64,000 nt of DNA from Asterias amurensis. Its lineage: Eukaryota. Made by a program: the position numbers and the translations under genes. The stretch spans positions 15,688,336 through 15,752,335 of the forward strand of contig NC_092652.1 of assembly GCF_032118995.1 (NCBI RefSeq). Direction: 5' to 3'. The notes under the pieces were generated by a model. It did no database searches, was not told where the DNA came from, and saw only the letters and a program-made list of their open reading frames with translations. Every line of letters begins with the position of its first letter. Position 1 is the first letter of the stretch. Positions 1 to 13,069 of the stretch are shown in pieces.

Positions 1-140
1 AGAAGCCTCACTGGTAGAGCAGAAAGCACTACCTCCCAAATTTTACGTACCAAGTGTCAAGACCAAGACTCGAACCTACACTCTGCTGCTCAAAAACCAG
101 AGCGGTGCTCTTAACCGCTAGGCCATGACACGCCACACAA
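1..140 (-). mobile_element. tRNA-derived SINE copy
   Basis: the reverse complement has a tRNA-like head (tagcggttaagagcaccg...ggttcgagtcttggtc) and a shared tail; related copies at 9655-9795, 2941-3110 (plus strand) and 9960-10085. Confidence 0.7.
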
Positions 141-270
141 GTGGTTTGAACTGGATGCCATGTTGCTAAAATGAATGGCCTTAGCTGGGAATAGAACCAT
201 GGCCACATTGGCGAGAGGTGAGTGCCTTACATACTAGCCATTTATACCATCCATTAACAGTGAAGTCTTA

Positions 271-456
<186 letters not shown>

Positions 457-519
457 TTATTTAAAAGTGAGGAGGCAGTGCAACTCTTCATGAACCTGCA
501 TAATTTTAACAATTAAAGA

Positions 520-895
520 GAAAGTACATGTTTTGTAGTTACTCAAAACAAATATTAAATTAAATACTAACTTGGTAACAGGCATTGGGGAGCTGTTGAT
601 AGTATAAAAAATTATGGGAAACGACTCCCTCTGAAGTAACGTAGTTCTTGAGAAAGAGGTAACTTCTCACTAAAATATGAAAAGATTTCTAGCTGTTAGT
701 CTTTTATTACTATCTGAAAGCACACAATTTCGTCCAACAAGGGTGTTTTTTTCCCCATCATTTTCTCCTAACTTTGAAGACCAATTGAGCCCAAATTTTC
801 ACAGGCTTGTTATTCTATGGTTCTGATTGGATAAACCAAGTGAGAACACTGGTCTTTGACAATTACCTAACGTGTACAGTGTATTTAAGAGATGA
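520..895 (-). mobile_element. MITE family A copy (TIR ggcagtggacactattggtaat...attaccaatagtgtccactgcc), approximate bounds
   Basis: more than 25 related copies in the window sharing the internal motifs cacacgaagttgtgtgc and gagggagccgtttctcacaatg. Confidence 0.85.
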
Positions 896-1218
896 CTCAC
901 TTAGGGCCCAAAGGATGGATGCAAAAAGTGTCATCAAACGCCATATTTGATGATAAACAAAAGTGCACGCATGTACGCGCTGCGCAAAACTCTCAGCCAA
1001 TGATAGCCTTGCATGCGTGCACGTATCACCAAAGATGGTGTTCAATGTCATGTGCAATCTTTCTAAAGGCCTAATAAAAGCAATTTTGATAGAAATTATG
1101 AGTATGCAATAGGAGCATAAGAGGCACACTTGCAAATATTCTCGGTTATTGTAATTCTGAGCTTTTCAACATTTTCAAAAACAAATTATTTTCTTTTACT
1201 CTCACACCAACGAATATT

Positions 1219-1553
1219 AAAGGAACACGTTGCCTTGTATGGGAATTGAATATAAAATGCATATGGTTGGAAAGATGTAATACAATGATCCACACAAGTT
1301 TGCCTCAAAATTGCGTGGTTGTCCTTTTACTGTGCGAACTAACACGGTCGGCCAAAATTTGACTCCCATAAATGGCCGACTGTGTTAGTCGGCGAGGTAA
1401 GAGGAAAACCGTGCAATTTCGAGGCATGTTTGTGTGGATCATTGTATTCTACTTTTACAACATCTTTCTACCCATATGCATTTTATAACAAACGGTTACA
1501 AATGCTTTTCAAAGACCAACCTCAACCCGATCCAAGGTAACATGTTCCTTTCA
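1219..1553. mobile_element. Foldback family B: ~340-415 bp near-perfect palindrome (aaaggaacacgttgcc...ggcaacatgttcctt)
   Basis: four copies: 1219-1553, 1921-2160 (half), 41702-42094, 46091-46478. Confidence 0.85.
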
Positions 1554-1810
1554 GCACTTTTTATAAAAGTACTTTCCAGAGTCCTGTGAAAAAAAAACCT
1601 CAAATTGGATTAGACCCCACAACGTTTGCATTGCTAGAGCAGATGTCTTAATATGAATTACATGTACCCACTAAATGTACTGTCATCATTGGTCAACATT
1701 GAATCTCATCCCCCCCACCCCTTCAAAAAATAACAAACACAATAACAAGAAAACAAAAGAGAATATCATACTCAACAAATTTACAAATAAAAAATGTATA
1801 ATATTCTCAC

Positions 1811-1872
1811 CTGTCCCATGGTACAGTTGTCTCAAATGATTCTGCTATAACATAGAAATTCAAACCCAGATC
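1811..1872 (-). CDS. AGPS: AGPS exon 18 (DLGLNFYVIAESFETTVPWD-)
   Basis: matches human [21 protein letters not shown]; acceptor ttcactaccgcag, donor AG|gtgaga. Confidence 0.88.
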
Positions 1873-2940
1873 CTGCGGTAGTGAAAAGAATCAAAATCTG
1901 GTGACAAATGATATTACCTTAAAGGAACGCAATGCAACGGATCGGACGAAAGCGTTTGTAACCACTTGTTATAAAATGCATCTGGGTAGAAAGATGACGT
2001 AAAAGTAGAATACAATGATCCACACACATTTGCCTCAATATTGCGTGGTTTTCCTTTTACTGAAAACGGTCAGCCATTTATGGGAGTCAAACATTTTACC
2101 CCCATAAATGGCTGACCATGTTAGTTGACGAGGTAAAAGGAAAACCTTGCAATTTGGGCCATAGGAACTGCATAACCCTTTTTTGAGGTTTGATGGCCGA
2201 TGTAGGAGTGCATTTTTTGGTTTGGGTGTATACAGACCAATCCTCCCAAACCAAATAGTGTTAAAATAATGTGTTCACCATATCTCGAAATTGCTTAATG
2301 GGCTAGTTTCTGGATGAAGATTTCAATGCAAGAATAGTAAATAGTTGGACTTGGTTATTACGTCCATTTTTTGACTAAAGATTTTAAACTTCTGATGTAA
2401 CAAAGTCCTCAAAATGATGACAATTTATTTTTTTGAGAAAATTACACCCAAATGTACGTCCAGCTTTGTAGGAAAACAGTTTTGGTGTGCAGCAAATCAG
2501 GACAAGATTACACAAAAGATTTTTAATAAAGTAACACTGCACATTATTAGAACTCAATGAATGGTGAGTTAACTTCTGACATAGACCAGCGATCAGCAAA
2601 AATATACGCCAGTGACCCAATAACATTTTTAGGTACTTCATCGTGACCCACCTGCCACAAATAGCGGTCAGATTAAACCCATTTCTGCACAGGGTAATTT
2701 TGTCATGAAAACAGGATAATCTTAACAGGAATAAATTAATTATCAAACCAAGTCAATTTTATTATTTTATAGCCGTCAGATTGAACCCATTTCTGCACAG
2801 GGTAATGTCATAAAAACAGGACAATCTAATAAGGAGTAAATTAATTATGAAACCAAGTCGTTTTTATTATTTTGAGAAATTGCATCTAACTGATAATGTC
2901 AGGTAAGAAGAAGTATCTGTTATTTGATGATATTGGGGTG

Positions 2941-3110
2941 TCATGTCGAGCAGTAAAGAGCACCAAATTCATGCTCTGCTGATTCTGTTCAGCAGTGTGT
3001 GGGTTCGAATCCCGGTCGTGACACTTGTGCCCCTGAGCAAGACACTTAACCATTACTGCTTCTCTCCACCCAGGGGTAAATGGGAAGTTTGATGACCCAC
3101 CTGCATTTGA
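2941..3110 (+). mobile_element. tRNA-derived SINE (A/B-box head ggttcgaatcccggtcgtga, core ctgagcaagacacttaacc)
   Basis: tRNA-like head followed by a conserved SINE body motif similar to fish and invertebrate tRNA-SINE cores. Confidence 0.7.
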
Positions 3111-3582
3111 GTTGCAACTAGTATATTGAGAATTGTTACCATAAAGAAAGAAAAAAAAAAAACAGTTTAAGTCTTTCTATTTGAGAAGTACCCCGGTATA
3201 ATGTTGTTGGCTCAGAACTGGGTCTGTAGTTGCAGATTCATACTCATAAAGATCAAACTGTTGTTTAATTAAAACTGTGTATAAATTTGAAGGGAAAAAA
3301 AACAACTAAACAAAAATAAATGTTTATTCTTGCTAAAAAAATGCTTTGAAGATCATTATTGTATAAACTCCATTTCCCAGGAGCTCCAAAATATGATTTA
3401 AAGGCATTTGATGAAATCAGTACAAATTACACTATAGACCTTATCATACTGAGCAAAAATTATGATAAGACAGTGTGTGCATTGCCTGGTTTATGGTCTA
3501 CGTCAACCAATACACAGGGTGTTTATCTGCGTTATTTACTGTTAACTAATGATTTTGACACTATAAGCAAACTTTGTCTTAC

Positions 3583-3652
3583 TCTAAGATAAGCGATAGC
3601 ATAGGTCAAATTGTAACCTCTCTGTCCATTGTCTTCCCCTCCTGCCAAGCCG
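3583..3652 (-). CDS. AGPS: AGPS exon 17 ([23 protein letters not shown])
   Basis: matches human [24 protein letters not shown]; acceptor tgtattatttacag, donor AGA|gtaaga; verified against ORF 3532..3783. Confidence 0.9.
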
Positions 3653-4768
3653 CTGTAAATAATACAAACAAACAAATTAAAAACAAAGGCCAAAATAAAC
3701 AAACAAAATACCAGTTGATCATTCGGAAATTTTTCAAAAAGAGGAGGATGGGTCTTTTTTTTCTCTTTTTTTTTCTTCCCCAAGATGGGCGCTTATTGTT
3801 CAAATCAAACAGGCCACCAATTCTTCAGTTTGATCCAACCGCAAACTTGTTTTATATTTATTTGTTGTATGAGAACCCAGGTTAACAGGGTAAGATTATA
3901 ACACTAAAAAGATTCGCTAGTAGGCATTCACTAATTCTGTTTTATGAAACAAGACGGTTACAAGTATTCAAGAGCATCACGTTAGATTTGGGAAAAGGCT
4001 CTAGGTCCGTCCCTTTGGATAAATAAATAAAATACAGAAAAATAAAGCAAAATTTGTTTTTAAAACGATGCCCCCCACCCCAAAAAGAAAGACTTTGGGC
4101 GGGGAGGATCAGCTGGTATTGTTTTTTATATGGCCCAAGTCAATAGTAACGATACTAAGTGTCTTTACATATTGAGTAAGGGAGTGCCAATTTGTCACAA
4201 GAAAAAAAGGAACACTATCCACAGCAAACACCAAACGAAAAGCAAACAAGGATTACAGAATAATTCACACACATTGATAACGACACTTAGAGTTTTCTGT
4301 GAAAAAATGACGTTAGCAATTGCAAAACATTGTAGTAGACTTTGCTCAGTGTTGCAACATTAGATTACAAAGTGTGTCAAGTATAAATCATTATATATTT
4401 CGCTTCAGAAGCCGTTTCTCTTATATAAAAAGGTGTGCAAACATTTTCATTGAAGTTTATTATTAACAAAATTAGTAACAGCTTGGGTGGTGTTTGAAAA
4501 AAACATGAGCATTTGTTTTAAAAGTGTTAATCAAGAATGCCTAGGATAACCAAAAATTCCCTTCTTTTCTTTCTGAAAGCTCACTGATCATGAAGTTCAT
4601 ACTATATTTCCCCCTGAAATAGTATTGTTTTTGTTTCAACCCCCAAAAATCATTTTAAAATTTACCTAGTCAGTTTCCCATGTGGTTTACATGTTTAATG
4701 ATATATGAACTAAGGATACCATGTTATACCATGGTTGATCAACAGAAACATGAACATTGTCTGCAACT

Positions 4769-5012
4769 GGGCCCAATTTCATAGAGCTGCTTAAGCAAAA
4801 ATTTTTGCTTAAGCAAAAAATTCATTGCTTAGTAAAATCAGATTACCGGCCAAGACTCCACTCAATTGTAATGCTAAGTAAACAACAGCTTAATACTAGT
4901 CTTAAGAAATGTATTTGGCAGGAAATTTTGGCCAGTAACATGTGTAATATAAGCGAGCTATTTTCGTGCTTAAGCAATTTTTTTGCTTAAGCAGCTCTAT
5001 AAAATTGGCCCC
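4769..5012. mobile_element. MITE family C (TIR gggcccaatttcatagagctgcttaagc)
   Basis: copies at 4769-5012, 10393-10512 (partial), 43644-43860 and 47817-48080. Confidence 0.8.
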
Positions 5013-5166
5013 TGGTTATTTCAGCTCCACCAATCCTGTAGATGCCTTTAGTGAAAGCTCCAATTATTATCTTCTTGACAAATTCTCCTTCCTGTGCAGA
5101 TTCATACATGCTTTTGGTTTGATTGCTCCAGTCCCATTAAATTTCCTTCACTTTCCACAGTATTTC

Positions 5167-5557
5167 AAGGCAGCGGACACGATTGGTAATTAGTCAACAT
5201 AATTATTAACATAACACCAACTTGGTGACGAGTAATGGGGAGAGGTTGGTAGTATAAAACATTGTGAAAAACGGCTCCCTCTGAAGTGCCATAGTTTTTG
5301 AGAAAGAAGTAATTTCCACGAATTTGATTTCAAGACCTCAGATTTAGAATTTGAGGTCACAAAATCAAGCATCTGGAGGCACACAACTTCGTGTGACAAG
5401 GATGTTGTTCTTTCAGTATTATCTCGCAACTTCAACGACCACTTGAGCTCAAATTTTCACAGGTGTGCTATTTTATGCATATGTTGAGATACACCAAGTG
5501 AGAAGACTGGTCTATGACAATTACCATTAGTGTCCAGTGTCTTTCAAATATTTTTTC
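5167..5557 (-). mobile_element. MITE family A copy in the AGPS intron, ending 14 bp from exon 16
   Basis: both TIRs present (aaggcagcggacacgattggtaat / attaccattagtgtccagtgtcttt). Confidence 0.9.
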
Positions 5558-5570
5558 TGGAAAACTTGTA

Positions 5571-5632
5571 CTAGCCACAATTTCCTGGCTCATTTTCTGC
5601 TTACTGTCATGACTGACAGTGAAAATTCTGCA
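5571..5632 (-). CDS. AGPS: AGPS exon 16 (CRIFTVSHDSKQKMSQEIVA-S); donor phase problem
   Basis: phase-0 acceptor ttttgaag; loosely matches human KVLQHEKQVYDIAAKF; the frame requires the exon to end ...GCT AG but the next bases are ta not gt (the canonical GT one base earlier would give the wrong phase); a MITE end lies 14 bp away. Confidence 0.5.
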
Positions 5633-7902
5633 CTTCAAAAGTGAAAACATCACATAACTAAAAAAGCACAGAAATTTAACGAAAAACAAAACTGATAGAA
5701 GCTTGAATGAAACTATTAAAGGATGAAGTTGAAATACTCTTACCCGAATTGAGAAGCTATTGTGTAGACTTTCTTCTCTTGAGAAGCAACATCCTAGAAG
5801 GAAGTGCAAGACATTGTGTATTATGATAACTGTTACAAAAGAAAACCAACCCTCGCAAGTTAAAGATTAATTAACATGGCCATTATAAAAAAGAAATTAA
5901 ATTACCCTAAACATTTGTTATTATAATGGAAGTTTTTGAATAATGGAAGTTTTTGAGAATGATTCAATTGCAAATATATTACCAAGGGTAAACATCACAC
6001 ACATGCATTTTGAACAGCGCCCTCTTGTGACAAGTGTTTAAAATATTGTTGTTTTTTTTGCTAAAAAAACAGCTGCAAGATATTACTGTAAACAGTGAAC
6101 TAATAAAACTCATAAAAAGTCCAACATTAAAAGGAACATTATTGAATTGGTTTTTGCTAACAACACAGTTGCTGGCAGTGTAAACACACAGTGTAAACAA
6201 ATCTCTAGATGTTTGAGATCAATCGGCCCTCTGGGTCACGAGAGAATAGTGAAAAACAGATTATAAATGAGTAAAACAGTATGCTCCCTCAGCGATAAAC
6301 TCTAATCTCGAGGCTGGATTATTTACTTCTCATCAAATATGACATTTCAGACAGAAATATTTCAAGGGATGTTTCCAATTATCATCATCTATAGATCGAG
6401 TAAGTTTTATGTAAATCTGTGATCTTCACGATTTTTGTTTCTTACCAATTCTGTAACGTTCCTTTAACTTACAAGTTCCTATGAAAATTCTCTGTCGAGA
6501 CACTGTTTTTGTCATTCTAAATTACCCAGGGCCTGACTTCATTGCTCTAATTATTGCTGATTTCTATCAGTTTATGCTAACGATCACTATTCACTGCTTT
6601 ACACTATTTTCCACATACTGTGCAAGGGCCAAACAGGGCCCCTGTCTTTATCTGCAAGGACAAAGACAGATACCTGCTACTCAGATCCAGTGGATACAAT
6701 AATATCATTTGATAAATATGCGGTGACATGATCTTTCAATAGATGCCTTAAAAGTACACTCCTATCACGTGCGCCATAATATTTGACAGCATGGGAAATG
6801 AATGTATGTCAAAGGTGCACATGTACACAGTGACTGGAGGCCGGTCTGTGGCGCTATTCTCAAGCCTCGAAGTGTGACGTCAGATGTTTAGGCTATAGGG
6901 CGAGTTTCTGTGCTAGCTGTGTAAGCAAAGAATGCCCAGTATTTTGGTCTACGCTTGTGCATTATCAAAATTCCCTTCTAACCAGTGAAATAGGCTTGAT
7001 GTAAGCTTGAAATTCCCTGCTGCTGTAAGCACTGATTCTTGGCTTACTATACGGAGAGCCATGCAATTAGGCAAAAAAAAAAATATATGTTGGATTGCCC
7101 GTTCACCCGATTTTGTGCTTGGGTCGGTCGGTCGTGATTATTATTATTATTTTTTTTGAGATGTCAAAGAATGCCCTGCCAAAACTGCATAAACATTTCA
7201 TGAAAGATCTGTTTGTCAAACAAGCAAGGTATTTCAACTTATATCTCGCTCCAAGCACTCTTTTTGCGTCTTTATTTTGGCAAAATCCTTCAAAAACTAT
7301 TTTGGAAAGTCATTTCATTCACCATTTTTTTCGTCCATTCAATAAACGAGCGATACCATATAAGGGCATTACTGGCAACAGCGCCCTGTGTTGTTCAATG
7401 GATTGTTAGACTGGTTCCTTGTGAAATTGTGACGTCGGATAAACCGGCGTGCGGTTTGATATGTGTGAGAGGGAAATCGATCTCCGTTGCGCTTCTGTGA
7501 AGGTTGAATACCACCACTGTGTTGCACCATTTGTTGCACTGGATAATTATTGTTGTCGACAGTAAGTAATCGGTCGAAAATAAATATTTGTGTCAAATCT
7601 GCCATTTTGTAAGCATAAAATATTCATGAAACCACAATTCTGAAGTGAAAAAAAAACAAACAAAAAAACGGGAAAAAAAGAAAAAAGAAAAACGCGACCA
7701 AGATTTTCCTCATTTTACGGTCGGTCGGGATAGGGCAATCCAACATATTTTTTTTTTAGGCCTTAGGCCAAGCACAGATCATTTTTTAGGGAATACAGTT
7801 GTATTGCTTGCTTTTGCCCCATTCAAGGGGAGTTATTTTTCACAAATATTTAACCCATTATTATAAAACTTAATGCAAACAATTTGATTAAAGAATCTGT
7901 AC

Positions 7903-7965
7903 CTCTTTCGTTCCTTCAAAGAGTAGTGTAGCAACCACCATTACGTTAGGATCAAACCTCTTTAA
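7903..7965 (-). CDS. AGPS: AGPS exon 15 ([21 protein letters not shown])
   Basis: matches human [21 protein letters not shown]; acceptor ctttttag, donor GAG|gtacag. Confidence 0.85.
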
Positions 7966-8479
7966 CTAAAAAGGAGAAACAAATTATATTTTAGTTAGTA
8001 TGTAAATGTTTCAATCTGTTGAGATTTCAAAATCAACCATCTAAACGCACACAACCTCATGTGACAAGGGTGTCTTTTCTTTCATTTTTATCTCGCATCA
8101 ACGACCAATTGAGCTCAAATTTTCACAGTTTTGTTATTTTGTGCATATGTTGGGATACACCAAGTGAGAAGACTGGTCTTTGACAATTACCAATAGTATC
8201 CACTGTCTTTAATCACTCCAGTTGAATGAGCACAACAACGATGGCTGCCTCACTATGTTTGTAGTTCTTCTCCGGGTTGGTTCAACTCAAACCAAGGTGA
8301 AACTACCCATTGTGAATTTTTATATCGAAAATGGCGTTTGTGTTCAGCCTTGAGCGCTTTTTGTGAGTACGCTTAATCAATGATAAAAAGAGGGGGTAAT
8401 CAGCACAGTCAACAAAAGTCCCCTATAGAAAGGAAATAGATAATTTCGCAGACGCTTTTCACAATTTCATGCTCTGTAC

Positions 8480-8556
8480 CTTAGTAACATAGACTTTCTT
8501 CAGGCTGTCCATCAGTGAAGTCCACATTGATGCTGCTGGCCCTTTCAGAGCTTGAC
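8480..8556 (-). CDS. AGPS: AGPS exon 14 (GQALKGPAASMWTSLMDSLKKVYVTK)
   Basis: matches human [26 protein letters not shown]; donor AAG|gtacag. Confidence 0.85.
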
Positions 8557-9030
8557 CTGCCAAGCCAATCAAGAATTAAAAGTAAGCAATTATTAAAAAA
8601 GATTTGAGACATTGCATGGTGGGGTATCAATATATATTTGGTTTGCGATAAACACCATGTGTGTATATACTTGCCAGATAGAGTTTGTTCTTAGAGAACT
8701 GTCCTTCTTTATTCTGACTTATACCGCGGAGTAGATTTATCGAATGTTCGGGAGACTTCTAAGTTCTAAAAAAACTGTCCTGCTTTTTAACTTCTACCTG
8801 GGCAGAAGGTATAGAAAATTTGCTGGAACTACTACTTTAGCACTACCAAAGAGTTAGTTCTTGAATTGGTCTCAAAGTTTTGACTAGCTTGCTCTAGTCA
8901 TCGTCAGGAGAAGCAATTATTCCCCTCAATAAAGAATGAATGTTTGGGTCCTGGTAGATAGATCGGAAGCTCTTGCTTTGCTACAGCTGTTTTCCTTTTG
9001 TGTGTAGGCGCCTTGATCGGGTTTTCTGTT

Positions 9031-9262
9031 AAAGGCAGTGGACACTATTGGTAATTGTCAAAGACTAGCCTTCACAGTTGGTGTATCTCAACATATGCAA
9101 CAAATAACTAACCTGTGAAAACTTGAGCTCAATCGGTCATCAAAGTTGCGAGATAATAATGAAAGAAAAAAACACCATTGTCACACGAAGTTGAGTGCGT
9201 TTAGACGGTTGATTTCGAGACCTCAAATTCTAAATCTGAGGTCTCGAAATCAACTTTGTGAA
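9031..9262 (+). mobile_element. MITE family A copy (3'-truncated)
   Basis: starts aaaggcagtggacactattggtaattgtcaaagac. Confidence 0.85.
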
Positions 9263-9320
9263 AAAGTTTAGTGCTACAAAGTGCTTTACCAAGATGAGAA
9301 TGAAAAGAGGAATGTCTCAC

Positions 9321-9372
9321 CGAACTTGAACTGTTCATTGTCCATGAGTCGTATGGATGCTGGTGCACAACG
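9321..9372 (-). CDS. AGPS: AGPS exon 13 (RCAPASIRLMDNEQFKF-)
   Basis: matches human RCAPASIRLMDNKQFQFG; acceptor cccctcag, donor G|gtgaga. Confidence 0.9.
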
Positions 9373-11010
9373 CTGAGGGGTAAAACACAATCCTGTACAG
9401 TTAGAAATTAATAACCTGTCACTCAGCGATGCTCAAGGCTATTTAATATACAGTATTTTCCTGCAGAGCATGTGGGACTACGTTTGAATTATGAGACCTA
9501 CTCCTTTTACATCACCATTAGCCTTTTTTAGGTATGGCGCCAGACACACAAGGCCTGAAGGCCACTTCAAGGTGTGGGCCACAATTATTTTTGTCCAGAG
9601 GCTGTTGCCACCTACTTCTAGGGCTAAAACAGTCCGTAGGCTTGGGTATCATCAGTCCGAAGCCTGGCTGGTAGAGCAGAAAGCAATACCTCCCCAATTT
9701 TACGTAGCAAGTGTCACGACCAGGACCCGAACCCACACCCTGCCGATCAAACAACAGAGCTTGAATCCGGTGCTCTCAACCGCTCGGCCATAACATGCCA
9801 TGGTGGACACTATAGTAGTGCACTGTTCTGTTTGGGTGTATACAGACAAATTTACCCCAACCGAATAGTGTCATAGTATCGTGTCCGCCATATCTCAAAA
9901 TGACTTGTGGCGCAATATGCTGCCAATCAACCAGGACCTCATCTCTTTTCACTAAGTGCACTGGCTCCTTTTATGTGCATTACACAACACACAGGATCAC
10001 CGGCTTTATGTCCCATCCGAAGGACGAAGCATCATGGTTAGGTGTCTTGCTTAACGACACAGGTGTCATGACTCAAATCACTAATGGAGGACCATAGGAC
10101 CATTCCAGGCATTACCAAGTTACAAGGAGCTTTTCTAAACTTTAAATAGAAAATAATTTGGACTTAAACAAAGAAAATTTGATTGGAGCATGATGATTGG
10201 AACCTGTGACCTTGCTTTACCAATTAAGCTATCTTGCCTTTGATGGCGGTCTCCCTATTTTGTCAATAAATTTGCTTGGGGGTGCCACTCAGCAGCCATT
10301 AAACTTTAAACTGCCGTATAGCCAGAGATCACACCCAAGTTTACAGCTTCTTGTCACCCCTGAACAAATGGACAAAATAGGTAGACCAACATCCGGGCCC
10401 AATTTCATAGGGCTGCTTAACAGTAAGCAAATTTCCAAGCTTACTGTCACAGAAAAATTTGCTAAGGCGCAGGCGTATTTCACAGGTTGGCAGAAAATTT
10501 AAGCAGCTATATTTCTTGTTCACCATGGATTTGCATTGTGGCGTCATTTATTTTCATGCAGTAAGCATCGAAAGGTTAGCATGCCATTTAGTGTGCTTTT
10601 GGTTAGCAACGCTAAGGAATGGACATCGTACAGTAATCCCAAAATTGCCACTAAGTAGCTCTATGGTAGCATGACAGCACGTTAATCAAATTGCTACAGG
10701 TTCTAATCCCCCTCTAGAAATTCTTTCTTTGTTCAACCCAAAATTATTCCCCATTCAGTTTCCCTAGTGGATTATGATAAATAAAGAAACATCATTTTAA
10801 AGGCTATAATGTATATAGATTTACGCTATACATGTACTTACACAGTTTGAAGATAATGAAAGGAGAAAGCTTTGCTTAAAAACGTACTTGATGAGGTGCC
10901 ACGATTTTTGAGAAATAGAGGTTGAAAAATATCACAAAAATAATAATTGTCTCATTTTTAGCATGTAAAATGTATTAATACCATAACTGGTTAATACGCT
11001 TTACACGCTA

Positions 11011-11466
<456 letters not shown>

Positions 11467-11795
11467 TTATATATAAAAATATACAGCAAGTTTATATAAA
11501 AAATATATCGCCATGGAGGCTATATCAAAATTTACAAAGAGTCATGAACAAACCACCATCAAAACACACACAAATTCACAAATGAATACAAATCTATCTT
11601 CCTTCTAGAAACAAATCTATCTTCCTTCTAGAAACAAAATATTACACGGGATAGAAATAACTCAAGCTATTGCTCTTTAAATGGAAATATTTTAATAGAA
11701 TAAATGCATACTAACTCTGTCGGAAATACATGTAAATTCATAACATTAGTATGCTGAGCATGTTTCTACTTGTACTTATGTATATATTGTATTAC

Positions 11796-11849
11796 CTGGC
11801 AATTCTTTTCAATGGTTCCTTGTGGTGTCACCATTTTCACATGCACAAG
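11796..11849 (-). CDS. AGPS: AGPS exon 11, 54-nt exon (LVHVKMVTPQGTIEKNCQ)
   Basis: matches human VVHIKMVTPRGIIEKSCQ; acceptor ttattattcag, donor CAG|gtaata. Confidence 0.85.
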
Positions 11850-12046
11850 CTGAATAATAAGAATCAACAAATATTTATGATTACAGATACAATAAAGGCA
11901 TGGCAAACAGATAACATAACATAGGGAAAACATGCTTCATTGTTGACTTTCATACACATGACCAAGATCTTAAGAATACACAACATTTATTACGCGCTTA
12001 ATATGGTTGTTTCTAAGCGCAAATTCAGTATTTTCCTGCAAGGTAT

Positions 12047-12990
12047 GTGGGACTACGTTTGAATTTTGTAATGGTTTACAAGTTGCTGTGTCGCAAAATG
12101 TTGCCAATCAAACCAGTAACACCGAGGTTAACCCTTCTCTTTGTGATAAGTACACTGGGTTCTTTTACGTCGCGTTACACAACACACGGGACCAGCAACT
12201 TTATGTCCTATCAGAAGGACGAAGCATCATGGTTAAGTATCTTGCTTAAGAATACATGCACGTGTAATGACTGGGTTTCGAACCCACACTCTGCTGATCA
12301 GAAACACCACAGCTTGAATTTGGTGCTCTTATACGCTCGGCCACAACACTTCAACTTTTAGAGCATAACTGTGTATTTAGCACCTTATAAGGGTTTACAA
12401 GGTGCTTCAGTGCATTTAGCAGAGCCAGGAACACCAGGGCGTACCCCTTCTCTTTGTGATAAGTACACTGGGTTCTTTTACGTCGCGTTACACAACACAT
12501 GGGACCAGCGGCTTTATGTCCTATCAGAAAGACGAAGCATCATGGTTAAGTATCTTGCTTAAGAACACATGCACGTGTAATGACTGGGTTTCGAACCCAC
12601 ACTCTGCTGATCAGAAACACCACAGCTTGAATTTGGTGCTCTTATACGCTCGGCCACAACACTTCAACATTTAGAGCATAACTGTGTATTTAGCACCTTA
12701 TAAGGGTTTACAAGGTGCTTCAGTGCATTTAGCAGAGCCAGGAACACCAGGGCGTACCCCTTCTCTTTGTGATAAGTACACTGGGTTCTTTTACGTCGCG
12801 TTACACAACACATGGGACCAGCGGCTTTATGTCCTATCAGAAGGACGAAGCATCATGGTTAAGTATCTTGCTTAAGAACACATGCACGTGTGATGACTGG
12901 GTTTCGAACCCACACTCTGCTGATCAGAAACACCACAGCTTGAATTTGGTGCTCTTATACGCTCGGCCACAACACTTCAACAATTACTTG
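12047..12990 (+). repeat. Tandem triplication (3 x ~313 bp) of a tRNA-SINE-like unit
   Basis: three near-identical units (12047-12361, 12371-12674, 12684-12990); ORFs 12047..13038 are artefacts of the repeat. Confidence 0.9.
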
Positions 12991-13069
12991 GATGTGTTAT
13001 GTTTGAGCTTCAGCACTTTAGAGCATAACTGTGCATGATATTTGCGCTGGGCCATGTGTATGCGCCTTT

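Noticed and set aside
3180-3300. Minus-strand peptide FDLYEYESATTDPVL resembling AGPS [19 protein letters not shown]
   Set aside because: It has no donor in the right phase; the real exon, with the exact ESFETTVPWD motif and clean splice sites, is at 1811-1872.
3940-4030. Minus-strand peptide KGTDLEPFPKSNVMLLNT resembling AGPS [16 protein letters not shown]
   Set aside because: It lies in an AT-rich tract, has no usable acceptor and is phase-incompatible with both neighbouring exons; the real exon ([21 protein letters not shown]) is at 7903-7965.
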